DNA of 64,000 bases, from contig NC_043012.1 of NCBI RefSeq assembly GCF_006345805.1, positions 54,622,001 to 54,686,000 of the forward strand, given 5' to 3'. Each line of letters opens with the position of its first letter. The first letter of the stretch is position 1. This DNA is from Octopus sinensis (taxonomy: Eukaryota). Made by a program: the position numbers and the translations under genes. This document shows, piece by piece, positions 1-10,702 of this stretch. A model generated the notes under the pieces. That model was given only the letters and a program-made list of their open reading frames with translations, was not told the DNA's origin and searched no databases.

Positions 1-1808
1 AGGCTTCATCAGGCCCAGTCAAATCTGGCAGTGTTTCTACGGCTGGATGCCCTTCCTAACGCCAACCACTCCGTGAGTGTAGTGGGTGCTTTTTACGTGC
101 CACCCACACTGGTGCCAGACAGAGCTGGCAAACGGACACGAACTGATGGTGCTTTTTATGTGCCACCGGCATGAGGGCCAGGCGAGGCTGGCAACGGACA
201 CGAAACGGGGCGGTGCTGGCAACGGTCGCGAAACGGAAAGTTCTCTTACATGCCACCGGCACTGGTAACACATCTGCAATTTCCATTGATCGATTTCGAT
301 TCTGATTGTCACTTGCCTCAACGGGTCTTCACAAGCAGAGTTTTGACATGCCACCGGCACTGGTAGCACATCCGCAATTTCCATTGATCGATTTCGATTC
401 TGATCCTCACTTGCCTCATCACGTCTTCACAAGTAGAGTTTTGTGTCCCAAGAAGGGAAGGTATGCATACGTAGGCTGGCTCCATCCCATGTAGAAGGCC
501 ACGGGTTATGGACTCACTTGTCCTGCCGGGTCTTCTCGCGCACAGCACACTTCCAGAGGTTTCGGTCTCTAGTCATTTCTTCAGGGAGACCTAAAGTTCG
601 AAGGTCGTGCTTCACCACCTCATCCCAGGTTTTCCTGGGTCTGCCTCTTCCACAGGTTCCCTCAACCGCTAGGGTGTGGCACTTTTTCACACAACTATCT
701 TCATCCATTCTCGCCACATGACCATACCAGCGCAAACGTCTCTCTTGCACACCACAACTGATGCTTCTTAGGTCCAGCTTTTCTCTCAAGGTACTTACAC
801 TCTGCCGAGTGTGAGTACCGGCATTACACATCCATCGGAGCATACTGGCTTCATTTCTTGCGAGCTTACGCATATCCTCAGCAGTCACGGCCCATGTTTC
901 ACTGTCATGTAGCATGGCTGTTCGTACACACGCATCATACAGTCTGCCTTTCACTCTGTGCGAGAGGCCTTTTGTCAGCAGCAGAGGTAAGAGCTCTCTG
1001 AACTTTGCCCAAGCTATTCTTACTCTAGCAGTTACACTTTCAGCACACCCGCCCCCGCTGCTGACTTGGTCACCTAGGTAACGGAAACTATCAACTATTT
1101 CTAGTTTTTCTCCCTGGAAAGTGACAGAAGTTGGTCTCAGAGCATTTTCAGTGTTTATTGTTCCTGAGCATCTGCCACATACAAAAACCATCTTCCTAGT
1201 TAGCCTTCCTTTGACATTGCTGCATCTCTTATGTGTCCATAGCTTACACTTGGTGCATCTTATAGAGTTTCTACCTACACCTTTTCTACAGATCGAGCAG
1301 GGCCATCTACCTGAAGGTGTTTGTGATTTGTCTACCTTCCTACTGATTACGACTTTGGTTTTAGCTAGATTGACTCTGAGGCCCTTCGATTCTAATCCTT
1401 GTTTCCACACCTGGAACTTCTCCTCCAGTTCTGATAGCGACTCAGCAATTAGAGCAAGGTCATCAGCATAGAGGAGCTCCCAAGGGCATCCTGTCTTGAA
1501 TTCCTCCGTTATTGCCTGGAGGACTATGATAAATAGGAGGGGGCTGAGTACTGAGCCTTGGTGGACTCCTACCTCTACCCGAATTCTTCACTGTACACAT
1601 TTCCAACCCTCACCCTACTAGCGGCGTCCCTGTACATGGCCCGCACAGCTCTCACTAACCATTCATCTATCCCTAGTTTCCTCATTGCCCACCAGATAAG
1701 GGATCGGGGGACCCTGTCGAAGGCTTTCTCCATGTCAACAAAAGCCAGGTACAGGGGCTTATCTTTGGCTAGGTATTTCTCCTGCAGCTGCCTTACCAGG
1801 AATATAGC
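1..1808 (-). mobile_element. 5'-truncated RTE-clade LINE (RT C-terminal half plus 3'UTR running off the window start)
   Basis: ORFs 1575-1832 (YLAFVDMEKAFDRVPR) and 514-1410 are near-identical to the RT of the 57.2-63 kb element. YADD lies between them; the frame break is a 1-nt deletion near 1580. Similarity to the full copy stops at 1808. Confidence 0.95.
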
Positions 1809-1853
1809 AAGAGAGAAATCAAGAAAAGACAAATTATGGGTTTATGAAGTTCA

Positions 1854-1859
1854 TTTATT
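1854..1859 (-). terminator. RPL39: Polyadenylation signal (AATAAA) of RPL39
   Basis: tttatt on the plus strand, about 75 nt downstream of the RPL39 stop codon. Confidence 0.75.
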
Positions 1860-1933
1860 TTGGCAATGTTTGAGAAACCAAGAATGTCCAACAAGCAACT
1901 GTAACCAAAATGGCAAATGTTTGTTTTCCATCC

Positions 1934-1982
1934 TTACATCTTCAGCTTAGTACGCCTCCAATGTCTCCTCTTGGCATTGTAT
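1934..1982 (-). CDS. RPL39: 60S ribosomal protein L39, exon 3 (R-YNAKRRHWRRTKLKM*)
   Basis: Minus strand ttttatttctttcag|ATACAATGCCAAGAGGAGACATTGGAGGCGTACTAAGCTGAAGATGTAA. 49 nt, phase 2, completing the AG| of exon 2. Classic eL39 C-terminus. Confidence 0.97.
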
Positions 1983-2288
1983 CTGAAAGAAATAAAATAA
2001 AAAAACATATAGTCATGATCAACTACACAAACCACTATCACCATCTCCTACTTGCAAGGGTAGGACAAACTCTCCCAGCACACTCACACATATTACAGCC
2101 CTTGGTTGTAAACAGTCAAGTTCAACCCCTATCATAACTTTCCAGAAAGTCCTTTCCACTTGCATTATGCAATATATTCTAACTCAACTGTTATGCATCA
2201 CATGATCAGGTCACATCAATCTGACCCCTATTATACTCAGTTTTCACCAAGTGCAATAGTGGTCTGCCATTCATGCTTGCCAACAATA

Positions 2289-3315
2289 ACCCTTTAGTGT
2301 TTAGACTGGCCATAACCGTCCGAAAATTATTCCTCTCTATTTGTTCAACCCAGCCAAATCCGGCCGTATTTGATTTCTCTATGAACTTGCTAAAAAATAA
2401 GCATATCACATTACTGAATTGTCATAGCTTTGAGATAATGCAAGATGAATCCTTTCCCTGCCTTTATTCAAGTAAAAATACGTTTAACTTGAAACTCTTG
2501 TTTCTTTTTAACGTTTGAAGAGAAGTGTCTAGCTTAGTTTTTAACGACATAGCACCAACAAGTAGCAATCCTAACTTTGAAGGTTTTACTCTTGATGTAC
2601 AAAATATAAATGAAAGCAACAATGATTTGTCTTTGGATATATCATATTGAAATTCATGAATCTTCATCAGACGAGGAAGATTTTGATAATGAAAGTGACA
2701 TAAAAAACATTATGGCAACATGGTTGAAGATTACTACATCAACAAGAATTCCCAATTTCACAGAAAAGACTAGTTCGTAATACAGTCAACTTCTCGATGC
2801 TCAACCACTGGACTACTTTTTATAATTTTACCGAAAAGTTTTTTTCTGAAAGTGTTGTGGAGAAACAAATGCTCAATGCACAACTCCTGTTCATAGAAGA
2901 CCAAATCCGCTATGGCAGCCAACTGATACTGCAGAAATGTGAAATTTTTTTTTTTTTTTTTTACTATAAACATTATGTTTGGTATCAAGCAGCCACCTCA
3001 ACTGTGGAACTACTGGTACCCTGATATAAAGTATGGTGATCCATATGTTTCCAGTATTATGTCTAACTAGTTATTTCAGGTTGACATCACATCTCTAGTT
3101 ACATGAAAGCTTTTCTTCCAGAAAGCACAGAACTAGAAGAAAGGCAACATTAACGGAGGTGGATGTCAGAGAAAATATTAACTTTCATAAAATGGAAGCA
3201 AGATAGAAAAACTGCAAAAGGACATCAGGTCAAGACCCCATATATGTGTTTGTTTTGCAAAGTGCCCTTGTGTAAAAGGTGCTTTGGACAGTTTCATGAC
3301 AGAAATATGGCATAA
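2289..3315 (+). pseudogene. Internally deleted piggyBac-like transposon relic in RPL39 intron 2
   Basis: Left end accctttagtgtttagactggcc resembles a piggyBac-type TIR. Acidic N-terminal remnant (ESSSDEEDFDNESD, about 2655-2700) and PLDYF-like motif. 3181-3315 reads TFIKWKQDRKTAKGHQVKTPYMCLFCKVPLCKRCFGQFHDRNMA*, the piggyBac C-terminal cysteine-rich motif. No DDD core seen. Confidence 0.7.
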
Positions 3316-4174
3316 CTGTATTTTGTTTGATGGTGATACTTCACATATTCCTTTCATTTTATTACAAGTAATGTGAAAGTGAGAAATGTATAATTTTCAG
3401 TATGTTACACACTTGTATTTACCTTTGCTTCACTTGTTAACGAGTATTTTTTATTAGTAGATGCATTCTGTTATGTAAATGTATTCATTAAATTGTATAA
3501 GAGTACATAGCCAATGGTATATTGACTAGTAAAAGAGTTTTGTACTTTATTCTCAATGAAAATGGTTTGAATGAAATAGAGAGAAAGAATATATTCTCAT
3601 ACTGATTATACTTGTATTTCAATTAATTCAAATTAATGTACCTCATCTTGAAAAGTAGCAAAATTGTTGGCAGTGTCAACTGCCAACAATTTTGGGATAA
3701 ATTTAGTAACAAATCAAACAGGTAAGATGCATTAAAGATATCAATTTTAGTGTTTATCCATAATGCTGTTGCTATTAAGATCAGCTACAATTACATAACT
3801 ATAATCCACTGGTATATAAACACACACAGACAAAATTTCAACATGGTTTCAACAGCCGGATCTCCTGCATAACAACCATTTTACAGAGAACACTGGAAGC
3901 ATTTTTATTATGGTACCTGTAGAGAGGTTCCTTTGTTCAACGAAAGACTAGTCTGCCATAATGTAGCTATTCATTCAAAGCAATGGATTAAAAAAATGAC
4001 AGAAGAGAATGAAAGAAAAGAGTATGAGCATGATGGGGGCAGCGGGGGGTTTAACAAGGAAGACAACTGATGGTAAGAGTGAATGATAGCAGTAGAAGAA
4101 CAGTGAATACATAATAGACTCAATACTATGATTATGTTACATAAGCAACATTATACAATATATAGAAAACTAAC

Positions 4175-4278
4175 CTCGTCGTATTGCCAGTCTTCATTCT
4201 CACCCACTGTGGAACAGGGCGATTCTGTTTCATTTTCTTCGCCAACTTCATTTTTGTTCTAAAAGATTTGTGGGCACC
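4175..4278 (-). CDS. RPL39: 60S ribosomal protein L39, exon 2 ([35 protein letters not shown])
   Basis: tag|GGTGCCCAC...ACGACGAG|gttagt. 104 nt = 34 codons + 2. [14 protein letters not shown] is the eL39 signature. Confidence 0.97.
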
Positions 4279-4564
4279 CTATACAAGGTAAGAAAAGCAA
4301 TTAACAAATTACAGGTGACAAGAAAAAGAAAAAAAAGCACAAAAGATGAGCAGGGAAAAGTAGATTATGGCCTATGAAGATGGTTATGATGAGCAACTTG
4401 GACTATTTTGATGCCATGAATGATATAAAAATGCTAAATGGCGAAGTCATCAGCTATTCATCTCTCATACATTTACCAAGTTTCCATTGAAGAGGCAAAT
4501 GAATAGTGAAATTTAAATTAACTTAAAAAACACAGATATGAACCTGGAAAAGCTTTGGTTGTTA

Positions 4565-4648
4565 CAGTTATACATTCAGCAGATGTAATTCATCATTAAA
4601 ACATCAGTAGCAGAACTAGTTTTAAAATTTCATCATCAAATATAACTG
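4565..4648 (-). ncRNA. Box C/D snoRNA, SNORD38/snR61-like, copy 1
   Basis: Minus strand: box C ATGATGA (4630-4636), guide CTAGTTCTGCTA, D' CTGA, C' ATGATGA, D CTGA (4576-4579). 8-bp terminal stem CAGTTATA/TATAACTG. Confidence 0.85.
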
Positions 4649-5583
4649 CAGCAAAATAATTAGCTAACAAATAAAATTAACTCTCTTGTAACAAAAGAGT
4701 ATTTCAGAAATTCCAGCAGTCCTTACATTGTTTCACACTAAGCCAAAATCTGTTATTTCTATGACAACCAGAGAAGTCCTTGATTCTGTGATACAAGCGT
4801 CACGTTTTAATGTGATCTAAATTAAGATCTCTTATCAAACCACATGCTAATTTGTTCCAAACAGCACTAAATTCTGTTATTCTGAATAACTGAAACAAAT
4901 GCAGCATATTTCAACAGAAATACGTTAACAAAAGGGTCAGCAACCAGATCTCTTTTTAATCAATAGTCTTTTGAAGATCATATCTAGCACAAGGCACATA
5001 ATGTCCCAATATCAAACATGAAAAGGCTTCTGCTTGGTGACAATCCAGAATTTTTTTGAAACAGCATGGAATTAAAATTTAGACCTAGATTATTAATAAC
5101 ACCCAATTACCTTCAACGATAATTTGCCACAAGAGCCTGACTATGAACAAATGGCATTCAACATATTCCCTAAACATTTAGCATTCAGATCACTATCAAA
5201 TGTAATGCTTATTTAGTCACATTACCGTAAATTAATCATGCCTCATCTCATAGCTTTGAGATTTCACTGATGCGATTGTTTATTTTAAGGATAGCATTGT
5301 AGGCTTAGGTGAAAGGCTGGATCTGACCAGTTTGAACCAAGCAGAGTATTTATGACAGATATGGCCAGTTTAAATGCTAAAAAGTTATTAAAAAGACACC
5401 AGTATAATAATAATAGCAATCCTGAAATTGGGAGGGGGAGACACTAGCCAATTACATTGACCCCCAAAAAGATGAAAAAAGTTAACCTAAGCAGAATTTG
5501 AACTCAGAACATAGTGACGGGCGAAATACTGCTAAGCACTTTGTCCAGATTCTACTAGCTCACCGTCGAAATAAGAATAATGA

Positions 5584-5678
5584 TTGTTGTAGTCATATTT
5601 TCAGAGAATGTAATCAGCACTAAAACATCAGCAGCAGAACTAGTTTTGAAGTTTCATCATAAAATACAACTACAACAA
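5584..5678 (-). ncRNA. Box C/D snoRNA, SNORD38/snR61-like, copy 2
   Basis: Box C ATGATGA (5654-5660), guide CTAGTTCTGCTG, D' CTGA, degenerate C' GTGCTGA, D CTGA (5601-5604). Long terminal stem TTGTTGTAGT/ACTACAACAA. Confidence 0.85.
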
Positions 5679-7012
5679 AGAAACTTTACTATTCCTTCAA
5701 AACCACTCAATGATTCTAGGCTCCCACACACTAAGTTTTGTGAAACACAGAGCTGATAGAATTCATGTGGTTTAATAAACTTTATTCACAATCCACTAGC
5801 AAATATTTCGCGAATGTGATCCTTTTTCACTAATGAGGCATTGACAGACAGCCAGATGTTACAGAATCAACTAAGCTGCTAGAATGTTGAAAGAAATGCA
5901 TTGTGGTCTTTGTTCCAGCTCTCTTGGCCAAATCACATTTCCTTGTCCAAGCCATGCCAAGCATGGAACATTGACGTTAAATGATGGCACTTGCCTAAAA
6001 TGTCATGCAGTGCAATACAACTAGAAACCGTGTGATCATAAAGTGAAATCCACATGCACATGGCAATACCCACACCTCAGTCATGCAAGGTTCTGCACAG
6101 CACAATCACCATCTAAACTGGCCATACCTAGCCTCTTGCAACCACCCTACAATGTTATTCTAAAAATAAACAATCACATCATCAAAACAGCAATGTCAGA
6201 TAATTTGAAACATTGTGAAAAAATAAGCACTATATTCAGAGAAGTCTGAGCACCAAAGGGTTAATGTCCACTTTTACATGCTTGTATGGAGTTTAACTGC
6301 AGCAGATTTTCTGTAGCTGGATGCCTGTCGTATCACCAAGCTTCAGTTTCTAAGTAATATTTCCCCTGTGGCCAGACATTCTCATAGAATATTGGAATTT
6401 TACAAGTATCACAAAATGTCAAAACAGAGACACAAACAGAATGGGCTTTTCCAATTTCATCTACCAAATTCACTCATAAGGTTTTGGTCAGCTATAGAAG
6501 ACACTCCCACAAGGTGCCACACAGTGGGACTGTTAACTGGAACCATGTCACTGGGGAAACAAACTTCTGACCACACAGCCACATAAAAAGCATCCAGCAC
6601 ATTCTGTAAAGTGGTTGGTGTTAGGAGAGGCATCCAGCCATAGAAACCAGGCCAAATCAGAATGGAACCTGATGCAGCTCTCCAGCTCAAGTCAGAGAGT
6701 CCACCACATGCCAGCATAGAAAACAGATGCATCAAATACGTTTTACATTTACTTTAAAGCAGTTAGGAAATACCTGTGCATAGCAGCATTTGATATTTCA
6801 TTGGTGCATTTATTCAGAAAATCAAGACACGATTCACTACAGCCTACCTTCATATAACAAAAATCCATTCCCACACGTGACTAATTCCTACATTTTTGCT
6901 TAGTTTCTTTGTTCACTCTTACATAAATGAACTGAGGGTAAATTCAAACAATAATAGTTAACTGATTGCAGTGGTCTGAATTTACAAGTTAGAATTGTGT
7001 GACTGTTGTAGA

Positions 7013-7087
7013 TATATTTTCAGCAAGTCTTGTCATCACTAAAACATCAGCAGCAGAACTAGTTTAAAAATTTCATCATCAAATATA
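7013..7087 (-). ncRNA. Box C/D snoRNA, SNORD38/snR61-like, copy 3
   Basis: Box C ATGATGA (7073-7079), guide CTAGTTCTGCTG, D' CTGA, C' GTGATGA, D CTGA (7020-7023). Terminal stem TATATTT/AAATATA. Confidence 0.85.
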
Positions 7088-7484
7088 ACTAAAACATATC
7101 ATCACAACTCTATCCAAATCAGTGCAATTCTAAATTATTACACCATCAACAACTTGTTCAAATTTGCAAAACAAATAAGGAGAAAAAAAAAAATCCAACT
7201 ACGGAGATGGTTGCCAATAGCACAGACATTCATTCATCAATAAAAAAAAATCTGATTAGGACACGGCTTAATCCAGTACCCTACAATTCCAAGTTCAAAT
7301 TCTACTAGGGTCTTTTATCCTTCACCACGATCAATAAACATCATATCAATTTTTATATAGAAATATCAAAATACATTTGATTATTTTTCAAACAGACAAT
7401 ATATTTTGAAGGTTCACTAACAGAAACTGTGTGCTCATGAGTAGCAATTTTTAACCTATTCTTCTATCCATTTGTTTCATTTAC

Positions 7485-7670
7485 AGTTGGTCGCTATCTT
7501 TTACCTTTCATAACCTAGTCATGAAGTTTTACGTCTCTGCATTTTCCCATAGCACCATCACTGCTATTGTAGCAGTTGACCACGATACTGCTACACAGGC
7601 CACTGGGCATAACACCAACCTATTCACCGTTCCATATCTCAACAGGTTTTTCCGATGATCAGGAGAGGCT
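7485..7670 (-). pseudogene. Degraded RTE RT fragment
   Basis: Minus strand reads GVMPSGLCSSIVVNCY..., homologous to GVIPNDWCSSIIVNCYKGKG of the 57.9-kb ORF. Confidence 0.7.
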
Positions 7671-8128
7671 GTAGTGTAAAGTTACTACTGTTGAGTCAAA
7701 GTAGTAGTTTTTCATGTGGCTGCTAAATCTGTTAAAAACCGCAGCTAAATTCTCCTTAATACGACACACGTACTATGCTTGATAGTAAGTTGACGTGAAA
7801 CTTAATACCAAGAAACCGAGTCGCGTACGTATGCATATGGTAACATTTGTTGTTCGTTGGCACATGGCATTGATAAACCGGATAGCAATAAAATAACTAT
7901 TTCCACGTGTTTTCCAATACACACACACCTCTGCCAGCCATTAACTTGTAAGGACATGTATTTAAAAATTGATCCATCTTTCTAAAACCTTGCTCCATTG
8001 TTATTTGGACCGTCTTTTATATATATGTATATATATTTAAAATGATGGTGAGAAATTAGATATTAACTAACATCAATTTCACACCAGTGGTCTAGGATAT
8101 AAAAATCTGAAGGTTCAGTAAATTGTAT

Positions 8129-8350
8129 TATATATATACATGAGAGGGATGACCCTTATGCTAGAAGTAGATCTGCTATGGACTTACCATTTAGAAATGT
8201 TCTCAAGAAAAATTTAGCAAACACCAGAACGTAATCGAGCAAGACAAAGCAACAAAAATATAGATTAATTATTAGTGGTACGACCATAGCGGATCTACTT
8301 CTAGCATACGGGTTGTCCACATAGTGGTCATCCCTCTTATATGTATATAT
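8129..8350. mobile_element. Small fold-back/MITE-like element with inverted ends
   Basis: atatatacatgagagggatgacc..tatgctagaagtagatctgctatgg (about 8131-8181) is inverted at ccatagcggatctacttctagcata..ggtcatccctcttatatgtatatat (about 8284-8348). Confidence 0.7.
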
Positions 8351-8855
8351 AGATAGATGGAGCCAAGCTTAAGCCATCAAAATGCCCATAGATTAAGTTA
8401 TATTTAGTAGAAACATGTTAAACATTATTAAGTCGGACGAGGATCCATACTTAGTAAATAGTCTTAAAAGTTGGTCGAGGCGACAACCGTTATACATAGA
8501 TATTAATTCATGGGGTACAAAAATATATTTCTTTAAACTTTGTATAAAATAGCGTGATACGATAATGTATAATTGTTCGGCAGTCTGTTTAACATCAGAA
8601 AATGAAATAATTCGAGGAATGAAAAATTTTTTACAAGATTTATAAATTAATTTACAACAAAGTACAAACGTAATAAATTATCTCGTGGGGAAAATGCAAT
8701 ATATATATCTGAGCAAAGTCTAATGAAATCCAAACAAAATTTCTAAAATAGCTACAAATTCTTAATTGTTAAATATTAATTTATAAAAAAAGAGATATTT
8801 TATAGACAGATGCTGGAGAATTCATAGATAAATTAAAAGATATATCTTAACTCAC

Positions 8856-8858
8856 CAT
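8856..8858 (-). CDS. RPL39: RPL39 exon 1 coding part (ATG only)
   Basis: Minus strand ...gaggcaaagATG|gtgagt. A phase-0 join to exon 2 gives MGAHKSF. ATG-only first coding exon of an RP gene. Confidence 0.9.
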
Positions 8859-8890
8859 CTTTGCCTCTATGCTCAACTAAGTAAGCAACC

Positions 8891-8897
8891 GGAAAGG
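8891..8897 (-). promoter_or_regulatory. RPL39: TCT initiator / 5'TOP start of RPL39
   Basis: Minus strand CCTTTCC matches the YC(+1)TYTYY TCT motif, about 40 nt upstream of the ATG. An ETS-like CGGAAGT lies at 8913-8919. Confidence 0.75.
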
Positions 8898-9105
8898 CTT
8901 AATCAATACAAACGGAAGTAGAACTCGACCCGCACACAACTGGCGTCCGATTGATTTAATTATGAGCATTAAATTTTCAGATAGTTATCAAAATCTTGCT
9001 TAAGAATTAAAACATAAATTATTGAAAATTTATTAGAATTGAAATAACTGTGATTGAAATTTTAAATTTATAACACTATTAGTAATCATTCTGCGAGATC
9101 ACTGC

Positions 9106-9131
9106 GCATCTAGCAACGCGTTGTTGGTGAC
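9106..9131 (+). promoter_or_regulatory. RFX X-box-like motifs, putative promoter of the plus-strand CCP gene
   Basis: GCATCTAGCAAC (9106-9117) and GTTGTTGGTGAC (9120-9131) resemble X-box half-sites. They sit in a CpG-containing patch and are followed by a possible donor AAAG|gtttgt at about 9179. Confidence 0.45.
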
Positions 9132-10208
9132 GTTTTTAACCCGGGACTCTTGAATTCTCAAATTAACATACTTTCAAAGGTTTGTGCCTTGATAAACATT
9201 ATTTTGCATAGTTTTAGTTTGGAAGATCGAGTGATCTTTTCATTATTATTTATTGTTGTTGTTTTTTAATTATACACATATTTATATATCCTTAACTTTA
9301 TGAAGAAATATTCCTTTTAATTAATGTTGTGAGTGAAAGTTTCGTGGTTGTACTTGTTTGACAAGGGATTTTGAGCTGAGCTCGTGTGTTGAAACTGAAA
9401 TAATTGTATCGTGTCTAGAAGCGAGGTTGCCTTTTAAAACAATAATACATTTTTGATATATGTGTAGACAATAAGTAAATAGCACCGTCACAGTAAATTC
9501 CTGAAAATTATTTCCCAGGCTGGAATTTGAATTTAGATTGTAGAGAGAGAGAAAAACTCGACGCAGTCGAAGATTGAAATAATGAATTTGAGAATGTAGG
9601 GGTTTACAAGGAACGGTCAGTATAAACTCCTTAATGATGTTAAAACATTTAGAAGGTTGATTGATGAAAGATGTCTTGCGGTATTTAGTCACGGCTTTCC
9701 GTTCTGAGTTCAAGTCCTGCCCAGATCACCTTTGCCTTTCATCCTTTCGGAATCAATAAAGTATCAGTCATGTACTGGGCGTATAATTGATTGCCTCTCC
9801 TCTTAAAATTGCTGATTTTATGTTTAAATTAGAGACAATTATTTTAATTATTTCAATGGCCAGGGTAGTGGGGGTGGCACCTATACAGCCTCTGAAACTG
9901 CAGTAAGATGAATTCGAACAAGATTACTTACAATTTAATGGAAATATGAATTAGTCAGGCATCTCTCAGATTTATCAAATCTCCTTAGGTAAACAGTTGG
10001 GGTCCATTCTGAGAGATATAAAGAGTTGTAGTGAAAAAATGCAGGCATGTATGCCAGTTGAAAAGAATGATCGAGGAAAATTATCCAGGGGTTCCTTCTG
10101 AATGAAGAACAAGTAGTTATTCTAAATAATGCTATATGCTAAAATATTTTAATTAATTAAGGTTACACCCATAGTTAGGAGAAAAAAACACACTGACCAA
10201 TAGCATTA

Positions 10209-10702
10209 CCGTAAATCCTCGAGTATAACACGCAGGGGATTTTTAGGGGGCTGTACCTCTGAAAAACCTAAACCTTGTGTATAATACGCACTCCTTCTCT
10301 AACTTGAGTCAAGGAGGTCTATATAACATCCTTGGTTTGTAAAATGTATATGGTAACGTCCTTTGTTATTATTGTATATATAACATAATGCAAACATGTA
10401 GCTTTTTTGTGCATTTTGTTTGCAGAAAATAAAGAAATGACAGTAATAACATTTAATAAATGTTGCTTATTGCAGGTTATGGATGATCCTTTTATGACTT
10501 CATTGCTTTCAGGCTTAGCTTAAGGTATTTTCGAACCCGACATCACAAAATGCATCTGAATAAACATTGCCTGGCAGCAAATAGAGACTCGGACATTGCT
10601 TAGAAAATAATTTTCATTTTTAACCTCGTATATAGTACGCATTAGGGATTTTGACCTTTAAATTTTTGGGGGAAAATGCGGATTATACTCAAGGATTTAC
10701 GG
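10209..10702. mobile_element. Tc1/pogo-type non-autonomous DNA transposon (MITE)
   Basis: TA|CCGTAAATCCTCGAGTATAA ... TTATACTCAAGGATTTACGG|TA: 20-bp TIR with a TA TSD. Confidence 0.85.

Noticed and set aside
1983-4174. H/ACA snoRNA in RPL39 intron 2 (human RPL39 hosts SNORA69)
   Set aside because: No convincing hairpin-H-hairpin-ACA could be identified by eye; needs snoReport or Infernal.
8440-8490. Decayed hammerhead-like cggacgaggatc...ggtcgaggcg
   Set aside because: Three or more core positions are altered and stem I is unpaired.
10476-10527. Exon-like ATG segment (cag|gttATGGATGAT...aag|gtattt)
   Set aside because: Lies inside the pogo-type MITE and has an in-frame TAA; likely a transposon remnant.
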